Shown: piece by piece, positions 44,716 to 53,571 of the stretch
How positions within the stretch are numbered: position 1 is the stretch's first letter
Layout of the letters: each line of letters opens with the position of its first letter
Assembly: GCA_016776905.1 (NCBI GenBank)
Contig: JADHSM010000001.1
Span: forward strand, 180,455-244,454
Origin: Planctomycetota bacterium
GTDB lineage: Bacteria > Planctomycetota > UBA8108 > UBA1146
Direction of reading: 5' to 3'
DNA length: 64,000 nucleotides
Notes under the pieces: model-generated
Databases searched by the model: none
What the model saw: the letters and a program-made list of their open reading frames with translations, nothing else
What the model was told of the DNA's origin: nothing
Position numbers and translations under genes: made by a program

Positions 44716-44815
44716 CAGAAGTCGTTTACCCAGATATAGAAGCCGTTTACCCAGATATAGAAGCCGTTTACCCAGATATTAAGGGGTGCCGTTTACCCAG
44801 ATATTAAGGGGTAAG
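44716..44815. repeat. Four copies of CCGTTTACCCAGATAT at 21- to 26-bp spacing, ending 12 bp from the tRNA 3' end
   Basis: agaagYcgtttacccagatat x 3, then taaggggtgccgtttacccagatat. Seen directly. Confidence 0.85.
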
Positions 44816-44826
44816 GAGTTAAAGAG

Positions 44827-44910
44827 TGCCGAGGGGGGGACTCGAACCCCCATGAGCCTAAGCTCATCAGATCCTTAGTCTGACGCGTCTGCCAGTTCCG
44901 CCACCTCGGC
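44827..44910 (-). tRNA. tRNA-Leu (type II, long variable arm); anticodon read by hand as AAG
   Basis: The reverse complement GCCGAGGTGGCGGAACTGGCAGACGCGTCAGACTAAGGATCTGATGAGCTTAGGCTCATGGGGGTTCGAGTCCCCCCCTCGGCA folds as a 7-bp acceptor stem, a D-arm resembling E. coli tRNA-Leu (GCGGAAtTGGtAGACGCG), an anticodon stem TCAGA/TCTGA with loop CTAAGGA, a 15-nt variable arm, and a T-arm GGGGG-TTCGAGT-CCCCC. No encoded CCA. Confidence 0.75.
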
Positions 44911-45001
44911 CAAGATCGGAAACAGGAAGTTTAGGCGTCGAGATCCATATGTCAAGTTTGACGAGGATATTGCCACCAGAACTTCCCATAATATCCGATT
45001 T

Positions 45002-45919
45002 CTACGGCTCTGCGCCTTGGTCGATCCAGTCCTGAATCAGTTGTATTTCTGCTGTACTGAGGCAACAGAACCCTCCGATAGGCATTTGGCTTCCTGCGGC
45101 AGCAGTGGAGCAGCCTGCCGCTGTCGCGGCCTCGATATGTGTCCCTACGATCTTCCGGAAAAGCCAACTGGCCTGAGAATCAAAGGGTTCTACGAAGTCG
45201 TAGGATCCACATTCGTCGGAAGGCTGATTCACGATGGTGGCATATGAATCGTTTGTTGTTGTGTCAGCGAGATTCAATCCTCCAAAGTTGGATGGAGGAG
45301 CATGGCATACCGTGCACTGGGTATCGATGATTTGAGTGTAAATGTCTGCTGAGTAAGAAAGTGCAATCGCGCAGTTGGGAGCTGCAGAGCAGTCGCTGTC
45401 TTCACAATCAATCAGATTATCTGCATCGTTATCGATACCATCGTTGCAATTGAGCGATTCGTCACAGCTGGGATCACTGAGCAGGCAGTCTTCGTCTTCA
45501 CAATCGATGAGGCTGTCTCCGTCATCGTCGAGGCCATTCCCACAAATTTCAGGAGTTGAAGCGCAACCATTGCTGGTTGTTGGACAATCGAGCCCGTCTG
45601 CGGTGGCATCGGGTCCGCAATCGTTCGGCGCTGGGGGAGGACCTCCCGATCCAAAGAGATTGCCCAAAAGGAAGATGGGGTCACTGATATCGCTTCCACC
45701 ATCATCGTTGATATCGCAGGCATCTGGGCAGAGAGCCGGCCCGGCTCCTGAGAACAGAATGGCTAATCCGATCACGGCATCTGCAATATTTACCTGATCA
45801 TCGAGGTTGCAATCTCCTCGAGTGAAATTTTCCTGCGCCTCTAATGGGCTGACGAGGAGGGTGAAAATCAGCAATATGAAGGCTAAACGCCCTTGTAAAT
45901 GTGTTTTTGGCATCACCAA
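45002..45919 (-). CDS. Secreted protein with dockerin-like N-terminal repeat, Cys/Asp-rich repeats and a planctomycete-type cytochrome c (CxxCH) C-terminal domain
   Basis: Signal peptide. DCNLDDQVNIADAVIGL is a dockerin-type Ca-binding repeat. CGNGLDDDGDSLIDCEDEDC and CNDGIDNDADNLIDCEDSDC repeats. The C-terminal segment CTVCHAPPSNFGGLNLADTT...SQASWLFRKIVG matches the planctomycete cytochrome C domain. Confidence 0.5.
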   Translation of the reverse strand: MVMPKTHLQGRLAFILLIFTLLVSPLEAQENFTRGDCNLDDQVNIADAVIGLAILFSGAGPALCPDACDINDDGGSDISDPIFLLGNLFGSGGPPPAPNDCGPDATADGLDCPTTSNGCASTPEICGNGLDDDGDSLIDCEDEDCLLSDPSCDESLNCNDGIDNDADNLIDCEDSDCSAAPNCAIALSYSADIYTQIIDTQCTVCHAPPSNFGGLNLADTTTNDSYATIVNQPSDECGSYDFVEPFDSQASWLFRKIVGTHIEAATAAGCSTAAAGSQMPIGGFCCLSTAEIQLIQDWIDQGAEP

Positions 45920-46134
45920 AATCTTTCAATTGCGGGAATTCCTGTGTGGATTCGGCGAGATATCGCTCACCAGGCTCAACTGCACTATCCCTTATTTTAG
46001 CCATTTAAGGCGGGCTCGCAACTTTGCCCTTCTTTACTGTTGTAAACCCGTTCACCTCGCCTCGACGTCCGGACAGGGCTAAGATCCCGATTGTCCGGCA
46101 GGAAAAATAGCCGTGAATGTCAGGAGTGAAAGCC

Positions 46135-47316
46135 ATGATCAGCCAGAGAGTCCGCACCATCACACCGTCTGCAACCTTGTCGCTGAATGCGCGCCTTCAA
46201 GAATTGAGGGCGAAAGGGTCGGAGATCATCAATCTCAGTGTCGGCGAACCTGATTTCGAAACCCCGAAATTTATTCGTGAAGTGGCCCACGAAGCGATGG
46301 ATTCCGGTTGGACTCGATACACCGCGACGTCTGGACATCCTGAAGCGAGGGAAGCCGTTTGTGAACATGTTCAACGAACCCGAAATGTCACCGTTGATCC
46401 GGATCAAGTCGTCTTGTCTTCAGGTGTCAAGCATTCGCTCTCACAGGCATTGTTGTCTTTAGTGAATCCGGGTGATGAAGTTTTGATGGGTGCACCTTAT
46501 TGGGTGTCCTATCCGGAGTTGGTTCGACTTGCGGATGGAATACCGGTGGCCGTCGAAACTCGTATCGAAGATGGCTTCCGTCTGACACGAGAATCGTTAG
46601 AAAAAAAACTCACTCCTCGGACGATGGGAATCATTCTTAATGAACCTGGAAATCCTACTGGAATAGTGAGTAGTGCTTCAGAAGTTTTAGAGTTGGTTGA
46701 GTTTGCACGTGATAATGATCTGTGGATCTTGAGCGATGAAATTTATGAGGCACTGATTCATGAAGGACAACTGAATAGTCCCTTTAGCATTGATCCCGAA
46801 AGAGTGAGTTACATTTCAGGTCTTTCCAAATCGTTTGCCATGACCGGTTGGCGATTGGGCTGGAGTGTTAGTGAACCCAAACGAGCCGCTGCCATAGGAC
46901 GGTTACAGAGTCATAACGCTGCCAATCCCTGCAGTATCTCTCAGGCTTGCGTGTCGACGGCACTCTCCAAAATGGATCATCCTGAACTTCAGTCGATGTA
47001 TTCCGCTTTTAAAGCGAGACGTGAAATCGTTGTCGATCGATTGGATAAGATGCCGGGAGTGAATTTTGTTTCACCGAAGGGCGCTTTTTATATTTTCGTC
47101 GACCTTCGTACCCATCTGGGGGAGGGGAAAATAGCAGCGGATTCCAATGAGTTTTGCCTTGGATTATTAGAAGAGTTTGGCGTTGCCGCGGTTCCCGGAG
47201 ATGCATTTGGGACCCCCGGGTGCATCCGTCTCTCCTACGCTCGCCCTGTCGAAGAGATCGAAGACGCACTGGATAGGCTTTCGAAATTCCTTGAAACAGG
47301 GGCAAAGGACTCCTGA
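46135..47316 (+). CDS. aspC: Aspartate/aromatic aminotransferase (class I PLP-dependent)
   Basis: INLSVGEPDFETP N-terminal motif and the PLP-lysine motif SGLSKSFAMTGWRLGW. AGGAG ribosome-binding site upstream of ATG 46135. Confidence 0.85.
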   Translation: MISQRVRTITPSATLSLNARLQELRAKGSEIINLSVGEPDFETPKFIREVAHEAMDSGWTRYTATSGHPEAREAVCEHVQRTRNVTVDPDQVVLSSGVKHSLSQALLSLVNPGDEVLMGAPYWVSYPELVRLADGIPVAVETRIEDGFRLTRESLEKKLTPRTMGIILNEPGNPTGIVSSASEVLELVEFARDNDLWILSDEIYEALIHEGQLNSPFSIDPERVSYISGLSKSFAMTGWRLGWSVSEPKRAAAIGRLQSHNAANPCSISQACVSTALSKMDHPELQSMYSAFKARREIVVDRLDKMPGVNFVSPKGAFYIFVDLRTHLGEGKIAADSNEFCLGLLEEFGVAAVPGDAFGTPGCIRLSYARPVEEIEDALDRLSKFLETGAKDS

Positions 47317-47541
47317 ACAGGGGTAGATTTGCTAAAAGTCCATAAGGACTTCGCTTCGGGTCGTTGATATCCCACCCTTCCTGGGTCTAAAATCTATGAA
47401 CGACGATGAGTGCTCAAGGGGGAGAAAGACGACGGCGTCTTTTTCAGGTACTCGTCGGAAGTTCTGGGGGAACTTTTCGCTCACATGATTCGACCGATCA
47501 TCCACCTCCAGCAAAATCAGATAGACCGGAAGGGACTTGTT

Positions 47542-49554
47542 ATGACCCACGCCAAGACTATCGGAGCAGCGCTGCTGTTTTTGATGTTCTCATTCAGTTC
47601 AGGATTGTTTGCCATGCCGGAATCGAATCCGACATTTGAGCAGATAGACGATGATCTTGAAAAACTCCAAGAAGAGTTCTCCAAAGAGATGGAGCAACTG
47701 CAGAAGGAATTCTCAGATCGACTTCAAAGTCAACGTACAGAATTTCGATCTCGTCTCGAGGCCGCTCGTGATCGTTTAAAAGAGATTGAATCCGATTCTC
47801 GTGAACAGTTGGAGCAAGCTCGAGTTCGCATGAAAGAGATGGCCGCTCAACTTCAGCGGCTGGAGTTAGAAAACGAAAAGTTGCAGAAGGAACTGATGAC
47901 TTATCAGTTATCAGGATCGTCAGGCACTCAGGCTCCCGGAAAGCTCGGTCTTTCGATCGTCCCTGCTGACGATTCAGTCTCAGAGTGGGTGGGTGTTTCG
48001 GCAGCAGATCTATCTGTTGTCAGTAGCATCGAGCCCGCTGGAACTGCCGCTCAAATGGGATTGAAAACTGGAGATGTCCTCGTTGAGGTTGAGGGTGTTC
48101 CAGCATCTTCCGAGGCATTGATTCGTATTCTCGGAGAGCAAAAATTTGCAGGAGATGGAATCGTGATGAAGTGGGCCCGTAAGGGACCCGATGGAGTGAT
48201 GCAAATTCAAGGTAGAGGAAGACTTCAATCTGCCGATGAAGAGATTCGCTCTGTCGAGACTACTGATGCTCCAGTGGTCACGGATGAAGAAGAGAGCTCA
48301 AAGCCCGGAGTATCGATGGGCATCAGCGTCCTTCAGCAAGACGACTTTGGCATTGAGGTGACTGAAGTGGAGTCTGGATCTAACGCCGCCGCCGCTGGTT
48401 TGATAGCGGGTGACGTGATGACCGCTGTGGGCGATGCCCGCATCCGTACGGTGGCTGGACTTCGCGACATTCTGCAAAGAACTCAGCCCGGTTCCCAGAT
48501 CGAGATCGCTTTTCGTCGTGAAGGGCTTGCCTGGATCTCAACGGTGAAGCTGGGATCCGAAAAAGCGGAGGCGGAAGGCCTTTCTCTCGAGAGAGCTTCA
48601 ACCGTCGCAGGATTCCTCGGAATCGTTCCTACCGTTGAAGAGGGTGGATTACTGATAGAAGAGGTGATCACCGGATCCTGTGCCGAATCGATGGGTCTTC
48701 GATCTGGCGATCGTCTCATTGCCGTCAATGGGAGAACGATTTCAGATATCGGTTCATTAAGGACGATTTTGACGGATCTCAGAGCTGGCGACAGCATCAT
48801 GATCAATTACTCCCGTGGTGCAGGCGAGCGGCTGGAGGCAAAGGGGGTTTTGGGAGTATTCCCAGCAGAAGACCCTCAATCCAAAGTGATCCCTGAAAAT
48901 AAACCGTCAGTCGCATTGAAAACCTCGGTTGTGACTTCAAAGGCTTCCCCTGAAGTCTTGGTCGTCGAATCTGAGCGTGTGTCCCGTCGGGACCCTCTGG
49001 GTGTCGTTGTGGTTTGGACCGAGGCGGGTGTGATCGTCGAGAGGGTTCTCTCAGGCAGTCTCGCCGAGGAAGCCGGAATCGAAGTGGGTGATCGATTGAT
49101 TCGAATCGAAGAGTCCTCTATCGATTCGCTGATGGCCATTTCTGAAGCCTTGTCGGATCGCGATAACTTTGGAGTCACAGTAGAAGTTGAGCGGGGATTG
49201 AATCGGGTTCAGTTGATGACTCGTCCCATGCCTGCTGTGGCCTCTATTTCAGAATTCTCTGCACCTGTTCCGTCTTCTATGGCATTGAGTGCTCCTGAAG
49301 ATCTATTTCTGGGACTGGACGTCGAAGAGAACGCGGTAGGTATTCTCGTTACGGGCATCGTCGAAGGGTTCTCCGCCTCTGAGGGCGGGCTCGAGCCGGG
49401 AGACTGGATTATCAGGATCTGTGGATCCGAGGTGAGGACGATCGAGGATCTGAAAACTATTTTTCAATACCAGGGACTGGATTCCATCGAGTTCACTGTC
49501 CGTCGTGGTTTGGAAACTTTGGAGTTAACGATTCCTCTGGTTCTTCCTGAATAA
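47542..49554 (+). CDS. Periplasmic multi-PDZ-domain protein with an N-terminal coiled coil (no protease domain detected)
   Basis: Signal peptide (MTHAKTIGAALLFLMFSFSSGLFA), a coiled-coil segment, then five PDZ-like G-[LI]-x-x-G-D-x-[LI] cores (GLKTGDVLVEV, GLIAGDVMTAV, GLRSGDRLIAV, GIEVGDRLIRI, GLEPGDWIIRI). No GDSGGP serine-protease motif. Confidence 0.6.
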   Translation: MTHAKTIGAALLFLMFSFSSGLFAMPESNPTFEQIDDDLEKLQEEFSKEMEQLQKEFSDRLQSQRTEFRSRLEAARDRLKEIESDSREQLEQARVRMKEMAAQLQRLELENEKLQKELMTYQLSGSSGTQAPGKLGLSIVPADDSVSEWVGVSAADLSVVSSIEPAGTAAQMGLKTGDVLVEVEGVPASSEALIRILGEQKFAGDGIVMKWARKGPDGVMQIQGRGRLQSADEEIRSVETTDAPVVTDEEESSKPGVSMGISVLQQDDFGIEVTEVESGSNAAAAGLIAGDVMTAVGDARIRTVAGLRDILQRTQPGSQIEIAFRREGLAWISTVKLGSEKAEAEGLSLERASTVAGFLGIVPTVEEGGLLIEEVITGSCAESMGLRSGDRLIAVNGRTISDIGSLRTILTDLRAGDSIMINYSRGAGERLEAKGVLGVFPAEDPQSKVIPENKPSVALKTSVVTSKASPEVLVVESERVSRRDPLGVVVVWTEAGVIVERVLSGSLAEEAGIEVGDRLIRIEESSIDSLMAISEALSDRDNFGVTVEVERGLNRVQLMTRPMPAVASISEFSAPVPSSMALSAPEDLFLGLDVEENAVGILVTGIVEGFSASEGGLEPGDWIIRICGSEVRTIEDLKTIFQYQGLDSIEFTVRRGLETLELTIPLVLPE

Positions 49555-49573
49555 TTTATGAGACAGGAGCCCC

Positions 49574-50086
49574 TTGGCTCGAATCGCTTTGATTGGCCTC
49601 CCGGGAAGCGGAAAGAGTACGGTGGGACCCCTTCTAGGGGCTGCTCTCGAATGCTCTGCTTTCGACACGGATGGATTACTCGAGTCTCACTCCGGCTGGT
49701 CCCCGTCTCGTTGGATATCTGAACTGGGTTGGTCGACTTTTCGTTCAGCAGAATCAGTCGTTCTTTCCAGTATCCATCGTCAGTATTCTCAGATTCCCAT
49801 GATCTTGTCTTGCGGAGGCGGAATCGCCGAACTCGAAGAGAACAGAACCCTATTGGAATCTTGGAAGTGTATCTGGTTGGATGCCTCCGATGACGTTCTG
49901 ATCGCAAGGACGAGAGGTACAGATAGGCCAGTATTGGAAGGTCTTTCTCCAGAAGATCTCATGATCCAATTACGAGAACAGCGTGTCGGAAAGTACCGTT
50001 CTCTAGCGGGCACTCCCATCGACACTTCTCTACGAAGCCCCGAAGATGTGGTTTTGGAAATCATTGATCGAATGGAGTCCGAGTAA
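49574..50086 (+). CDS. aroK: Shikimate kinase AroK
   Basis: P-loop IALIGLPGSGKSTVG, about 170 aa. TTG start preceded by AGGAG. Confidence 0.8.
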   Translation: MARIALIGLPGSGKSTVGPLLGAALECSAFDTDGLLESHSGWSPSRWISELGWSTFRSAESVVLSSIHRQYSQIPMILSCGGGIAELEENRTLLESWKCIWLDASDDVLIARTRGTDRPVLEGLSPEDLMIQLREQRVGKYRSLAGTPIDTSLRSPEDVVLEIIDRMESE

Positions 50087-50088
50087 AG

Positions 50089-51165
50089 ATGACAGAATTT
50101 TTCCTGGCGGGTGTGGACCCCGAACCGCTAGCTTTGATTTTGCAAATCTTTGCGGTTCTCGTCGGAGCGTCTGTGGGTTCGTTTTTGAATGTCTGTATCT
50201 ATCGAATTCCTATCGAGGGACTTGGAGTCAGTTCTCCGAGTGGTTCTTTTTGTCCCGGTTGCAAAAAACCTCTGCGCTGGTTTGAAAATATTCCAATCTT
50301 GGCGTGGCTGGGGCTCAAAGGGCGTTGCAGCGGTTGCAAGATGAGGATTTCATTCCGATATCCCTTTGTGGAGGGTCTGACGGCCCTGTTTTTCTTATGG
50401 GCGATGCTGAGAATAGGTGGAGAGCCGTTTTTTGTTGATCCACTGGGGGAGAGTGGAGCCCTGTTATTGGGCTCCTGGATATGGATTTCTCTGGTCATCG
50501 TTGTCAGTGGCATCGATTTTGATCATCGCATCATTCCAGACGGACTCTCTGTATCTGCGACCGCTTTGATGCTTTTGCTGGCACCTTGGAATTCTCTCTT
50601 ACCTGGAACTGCGACTATCGATACTTCTCAAGGTCTTTTCTGGGGAGCGGCTTTGATCGGTGGCGCACTCTTTGGAATCGTATTTCAGCGTTTCGTACCG
50701 AGTTGGTCAGGTCAGCGGCGGACTTTGGCAGAAAGCTATCTGGCCTATGTTGTGGGTGCTCTTTCCGGTTATTTTGCCGCAGGGTTTATTTTCGGGAGTT
50801 TGGATCTGAACGAACTTCTGGCGTATCGATCCGTGGAGTCACTGCTCGGAGCAGCCGCAGGGGCGGGGCTGATTTGGGGGATTGGTCTCATCGGGAGTTG
50901 GGTTTTCCGAAAGCCGGCGATGGGCTTTGGTGACGTCAAATGGATGGGAATGCTGGGAGCAACTATAGGAGTTTTTCCAGTGGTGATATCTTTCTTTCTT
51001 GCCTGCATTCTGGGATCCATGATCGGGGTATACCTGAGAATCAAGAAGGGTCAGGCTTATATTCCGTTTGGGCCCTTTCTGTCCGGCGGGGCTCTTTTGT
51101 GGATATTGGCTCGTCCCGAACTGACAGATCTCTGGCACTGGTACATTGGGCTTCTAAGCCGTTGA
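50089..51165 (+). CDS. pilD: Type IV prepilin peptidase PilD (A24A family)
   Basis: N-terminal tetracysteine (CPGCKK...CSGCK) and the catalytic-Asp region GFGDVKWMGMLGA. About 8 transmembrane helices. Confidence 0.85.
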   Translation: MTEFFLAGVDPEPLALILQIFAVLVGASVGSFLNVCIYRIPIEGLGVSSPSGSFCPGCKKPLRWFENIPILAWLGLKGRCSGCKMRISFRYPFVEGLTALFFLWAMLRIGGEPFFVDPLGESGALLLGSWIWISLVIVVSGIDFDHRIIPDGLSVSATALMLLLAPWNSLLPGTATIDTSQGLFWGAALIGGALFGIVFQRFVPSWSGQRRTLAESYLAYVVGALSGYFAAGFIFGSLDLNELLAYRSVESLLGAAAGAGLIWGIGLIGSWVFRKPAMGFGDVKWMGMLGATIGVFPVVISFFLACILGSMIGVYLRIKKGQAYIPFGPFLSGGALLWILARPELTDLWHWYIGLLSR

Positions 51166-51417
51166 CAGGAGCGGATCCTCGGTGGGAGTCGCAGGCGGGG
51201 GAACTTAGGAAGAGACCGTTCCTCCGCTCTCCAAGGCAGGGTATCCTTTGGATTGAATAAAGCGGGGGGAAAGAGACAGAGGAGCCTTTCTGGTGAACTT
51301 CTGTCGATGCAAGGGCCGATATTTCGACCTTGACCATCAGTTTCCTCTTTGGCATGAGTGAAGTGAAATTAGCCGGTGCTCTGGATCACCATGAACACTT
51401 GAAAGGGGATCGCTGAA

Positions 51418-52155
51418 ATGAATGTCGTTACCAAGGTGTCCTTGATTCTTGGATTGCTCGTACTTGTTTCCGGTTGTCAATCGACCAGCTTCGAGAGGCA
51501 ACTGAGTTATAACAAAAGTAAAATGGTCGAATTGGAGCAAGAGCGTGACCGACTTGAATTCCAGTTGGCCACCTGTGAAGGAGCGCAGAGTGCTGCAACA
51601 AAAGAGCTCGTGTCATTGCAGGGACGATTCGCAAATGTGAGTGCCAAAAATGCTTCACTTGAATCCGAAATCAGTGCACTCATGTCTCGACCCGAACCGG
51701 CCTCAGCCATCATTGAAGAATTGCAGATCCCTGATCTCGAATCCTTCGAAGGCATCGAAGGATTGACAGCGACCTCTGACGAATCCGGAATCCGTTTAAC
51801 GATTGATCAGTCAGTTCTCTTTAGTTCCGGAAGCGCAGATGTAACCCGTAAAGGACAAGAGACTCTCAAGAAAATGGCCGGCATTTTAAAGAGAGAATAC
51901 TCCGGAAGAAATGTTCGAGTGGAAGGACATACAGACTCCACTCCCATCGTGAAAACAAAAAGTCGCTGGGGTAGTAACTGGGAACTGAGTTCCTTCAGAG
52001 CTTGTGCGGTTCTTCGAAAACTTCTTTCTGAAGGAGCGATGAAGCCGACGAAAGTCTCTGCCGTTGGATTTGGCGAGCAGCGTCCTGTTGCGGACAATAA
52101 AACTAAAGCAGGTCGTCGACTCAATCGTAGAGTTGAAGTGATCGTCGAAAACTGA
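51418..52155 (+). CDS. OmpA/MotB-domain lipoprotein with coiled-coil linker
   Basis: Lipobox LLVLVSGCQS. C-terminal OmpA-like peptidoglycan-binding domain (VEGHTDSTP...NWELSSFRACAV...NRRVEV). Confidence 0.75.
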   Translation: MNVVTKVSLILGLLVLVSGCQSTSFERQLSYNKSKMVELEQERDRLEFQLATCEGAQSAATKELVSLQGRFANVSAKNASLESEISALMSRPEPASAIIEELQIPDLESFEGIEGLTATSDESGIRLTIDQSVLFSSGSADVTRKGQETLKKMAGILKREYSGRNVRVEGHTDSTPIVKTKSRWGSNWELSSFRACAVLRKLLSEGAMKPTKVSAVGFGEQRPVADNKTKAGRRLNRRVEVIVEN

Positions 52156-52179
52156 TCGCCTCGATCGTATCTGAGTTTA

Positions 52180-52220
52180 AAACTGGCGTGACAACGATCG
52201 TTGTCACGCCAGTTTTTTTA
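52180..52220 (+). terminator. Rho-independent terminator (palindrome ctggcgtgacaacg-at-cgttgtcacgccag followed by T7)
   Basis: Seen directly, 25 bp after the stop of the OmpA-like gene. Confidence 0.85.
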
Positions 52221-52504
52221 TGTTGACCCCGTCCCTCGCCGTCCACGATGTGTGCATTATTTCTCAATGAGATCTCTCTCCGCCCTATTTCGTCTCCTTT
52301 GTCCCTAGAAGGCACGCAACAAGGCAGCAGCGACTACCGAGAAGAATCGTATGAAGTTCTGAAGTATTGCCAAACTGCCGCTCTTGGCCCGATTGCACCT
52401 ATCGATGCTACTCTTCCACGTGGAGAAATTTCTTCAATTCGAGGCTCATGGAGTCTCGTGAATTAAGAGGGACGATCAGCGTTCCATTGATAAGGAGTCG
52501 GGGC

Positions 52505-53569
52505 ATGACCATAGAAGACCTCGTTCAACAACTCGTTGAGAGAGAAGGTTCGGACCTCCATTTGGGGGCGGGTACATCGCCGATGATTCGTATCCACGGA
52601 AGACTGGTCGCTGTTGGCGACTCAGCCATGGATGCAGAGGACGTTAGAAAGATCGTTTATTCCATTCTTGATAACGAGCAGATTCGGAACTTTGAAAAAG
52701 ATCAAGAATTGGATATGGCCTTCGGCATCTCAGGACTTGGGCGATTCAGAACCAATGTGTTCTATCAACGAGGATCTATTGGAGCCATTCTCAGGGTGAT
52801 TCCAACTCAGGTTCCAGAACTGAGTACGCTTGGCCTTCCCGAGGATGTCTGTGAAGGCTTGGCGATGAAGAAGAAGGGACTCGTTCTGGTAACGGGTGCA
52901 ACAGGGAGCGGTAAATCCACTTCCTTGGCTTCGATGGTGGACTTTATCAATAAAGGTCGTAACGACCACATCGTGACCATCGAAGATCCCATTGAATTTG
53001 TGCATCGTAATCAGAATTGCAGAGTGACTCAGCGTGAAGTGGGAACAGATACTCCTTCTTTTGCGAGTGCACTCAGGAGAGTACTTCGCCAGGATCCTGA
53101 CGTGATCATGGTGGGGGAACTCAGAGATTTGGAAAGCATTGGCTCTGCATTGACCTGTGCAGAGACAGGACACCTCACTTTTGGAACGCTTCATACGAAT
53201 GATGCGGTGCAAACACTCAACAGATTGATTGATGTTTTCCCTGCCCACCAGCAACAGCAGGTCAGAACTCAGCTCTCCTTTGTCCTTGAGGGGATTGTAT
53301 GCCAACAATTGGTCACCCGATCCGATGGACGCGGAAGAGTTCTCGCCAGTGAGGTTCTTTTGGCGACTCCAGCTGTTCGCGCTCTGATTAGGGATGACAA
53401 AGCCCATCAAATTCCTTCGGCGATTCAAACGGGAGGAAAATTGGGAATGAGAACGATGAACCAGTCTCTCTACGAGTTGTACAGGACTCGTCAGATTACC
53501 TATGAAGAGGCTCTTTCTAGGTCCACAGACGTCGAAGAACTCAAAAGAATCTTCCAGAGGCAGAGTTAA
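52505..53569 (+). CDS. pilT: Twitching motility ATPase PilT
   Basis: Walker A GATGSGKSTSLASM, Asp box, and the His box TLHTNDA. About 354 aa. ATG 52505 with an AGGAG ribosome-binding site; the track ORF is extended upstream. Confidence 0.9.
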   Translation: MTIEDLVQQLVEREGSDLHLGAGTSPMIRIHGRLVAVGDSAMDAEDVRKIVYSILDNEQIRNFEKDQELDMAFGISGLGRFRTNVFYQRGSIGAILRVIPTQVPELSTLGLPEDVCEGLAMKKKGLVLVTGATGSGKSTSLASMVDFINKGRNDHIVTIEDPIEFVHRNQNCRVTQREVGTDTPSFASALRRVLRQDPDVIMVGELRDLESIGSALTCAETGHLTFGTLHTNDAVQTLNRLIDVFPAHQQQQVRTQLSFVLEGIVCQQLVTRSDGRGRVLASEVLLATPAVRALIRDDKAHQIPSAIQTGGKLGMRTMNQSLYELYRTRQITYEEALSRSTDVEELKRIFQRQS

Positions 53570-53571
53570 AT

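Noticed and set aside
44374-44826. CRISPR array in the repeat-rich cobB-tRNA spacer
   Set aside because: The repeats are contiguous or near-contiguous tandem copies of three unrelated units with no unique spacers of regular length. No cas genes are nearby.
44374-45001. Integrated mobile element at the tRNA-Leu
   Set aside because: No integrase, recombinase or phage genes lie on either side within the window. Only the repeat scars are reported, as a finding.
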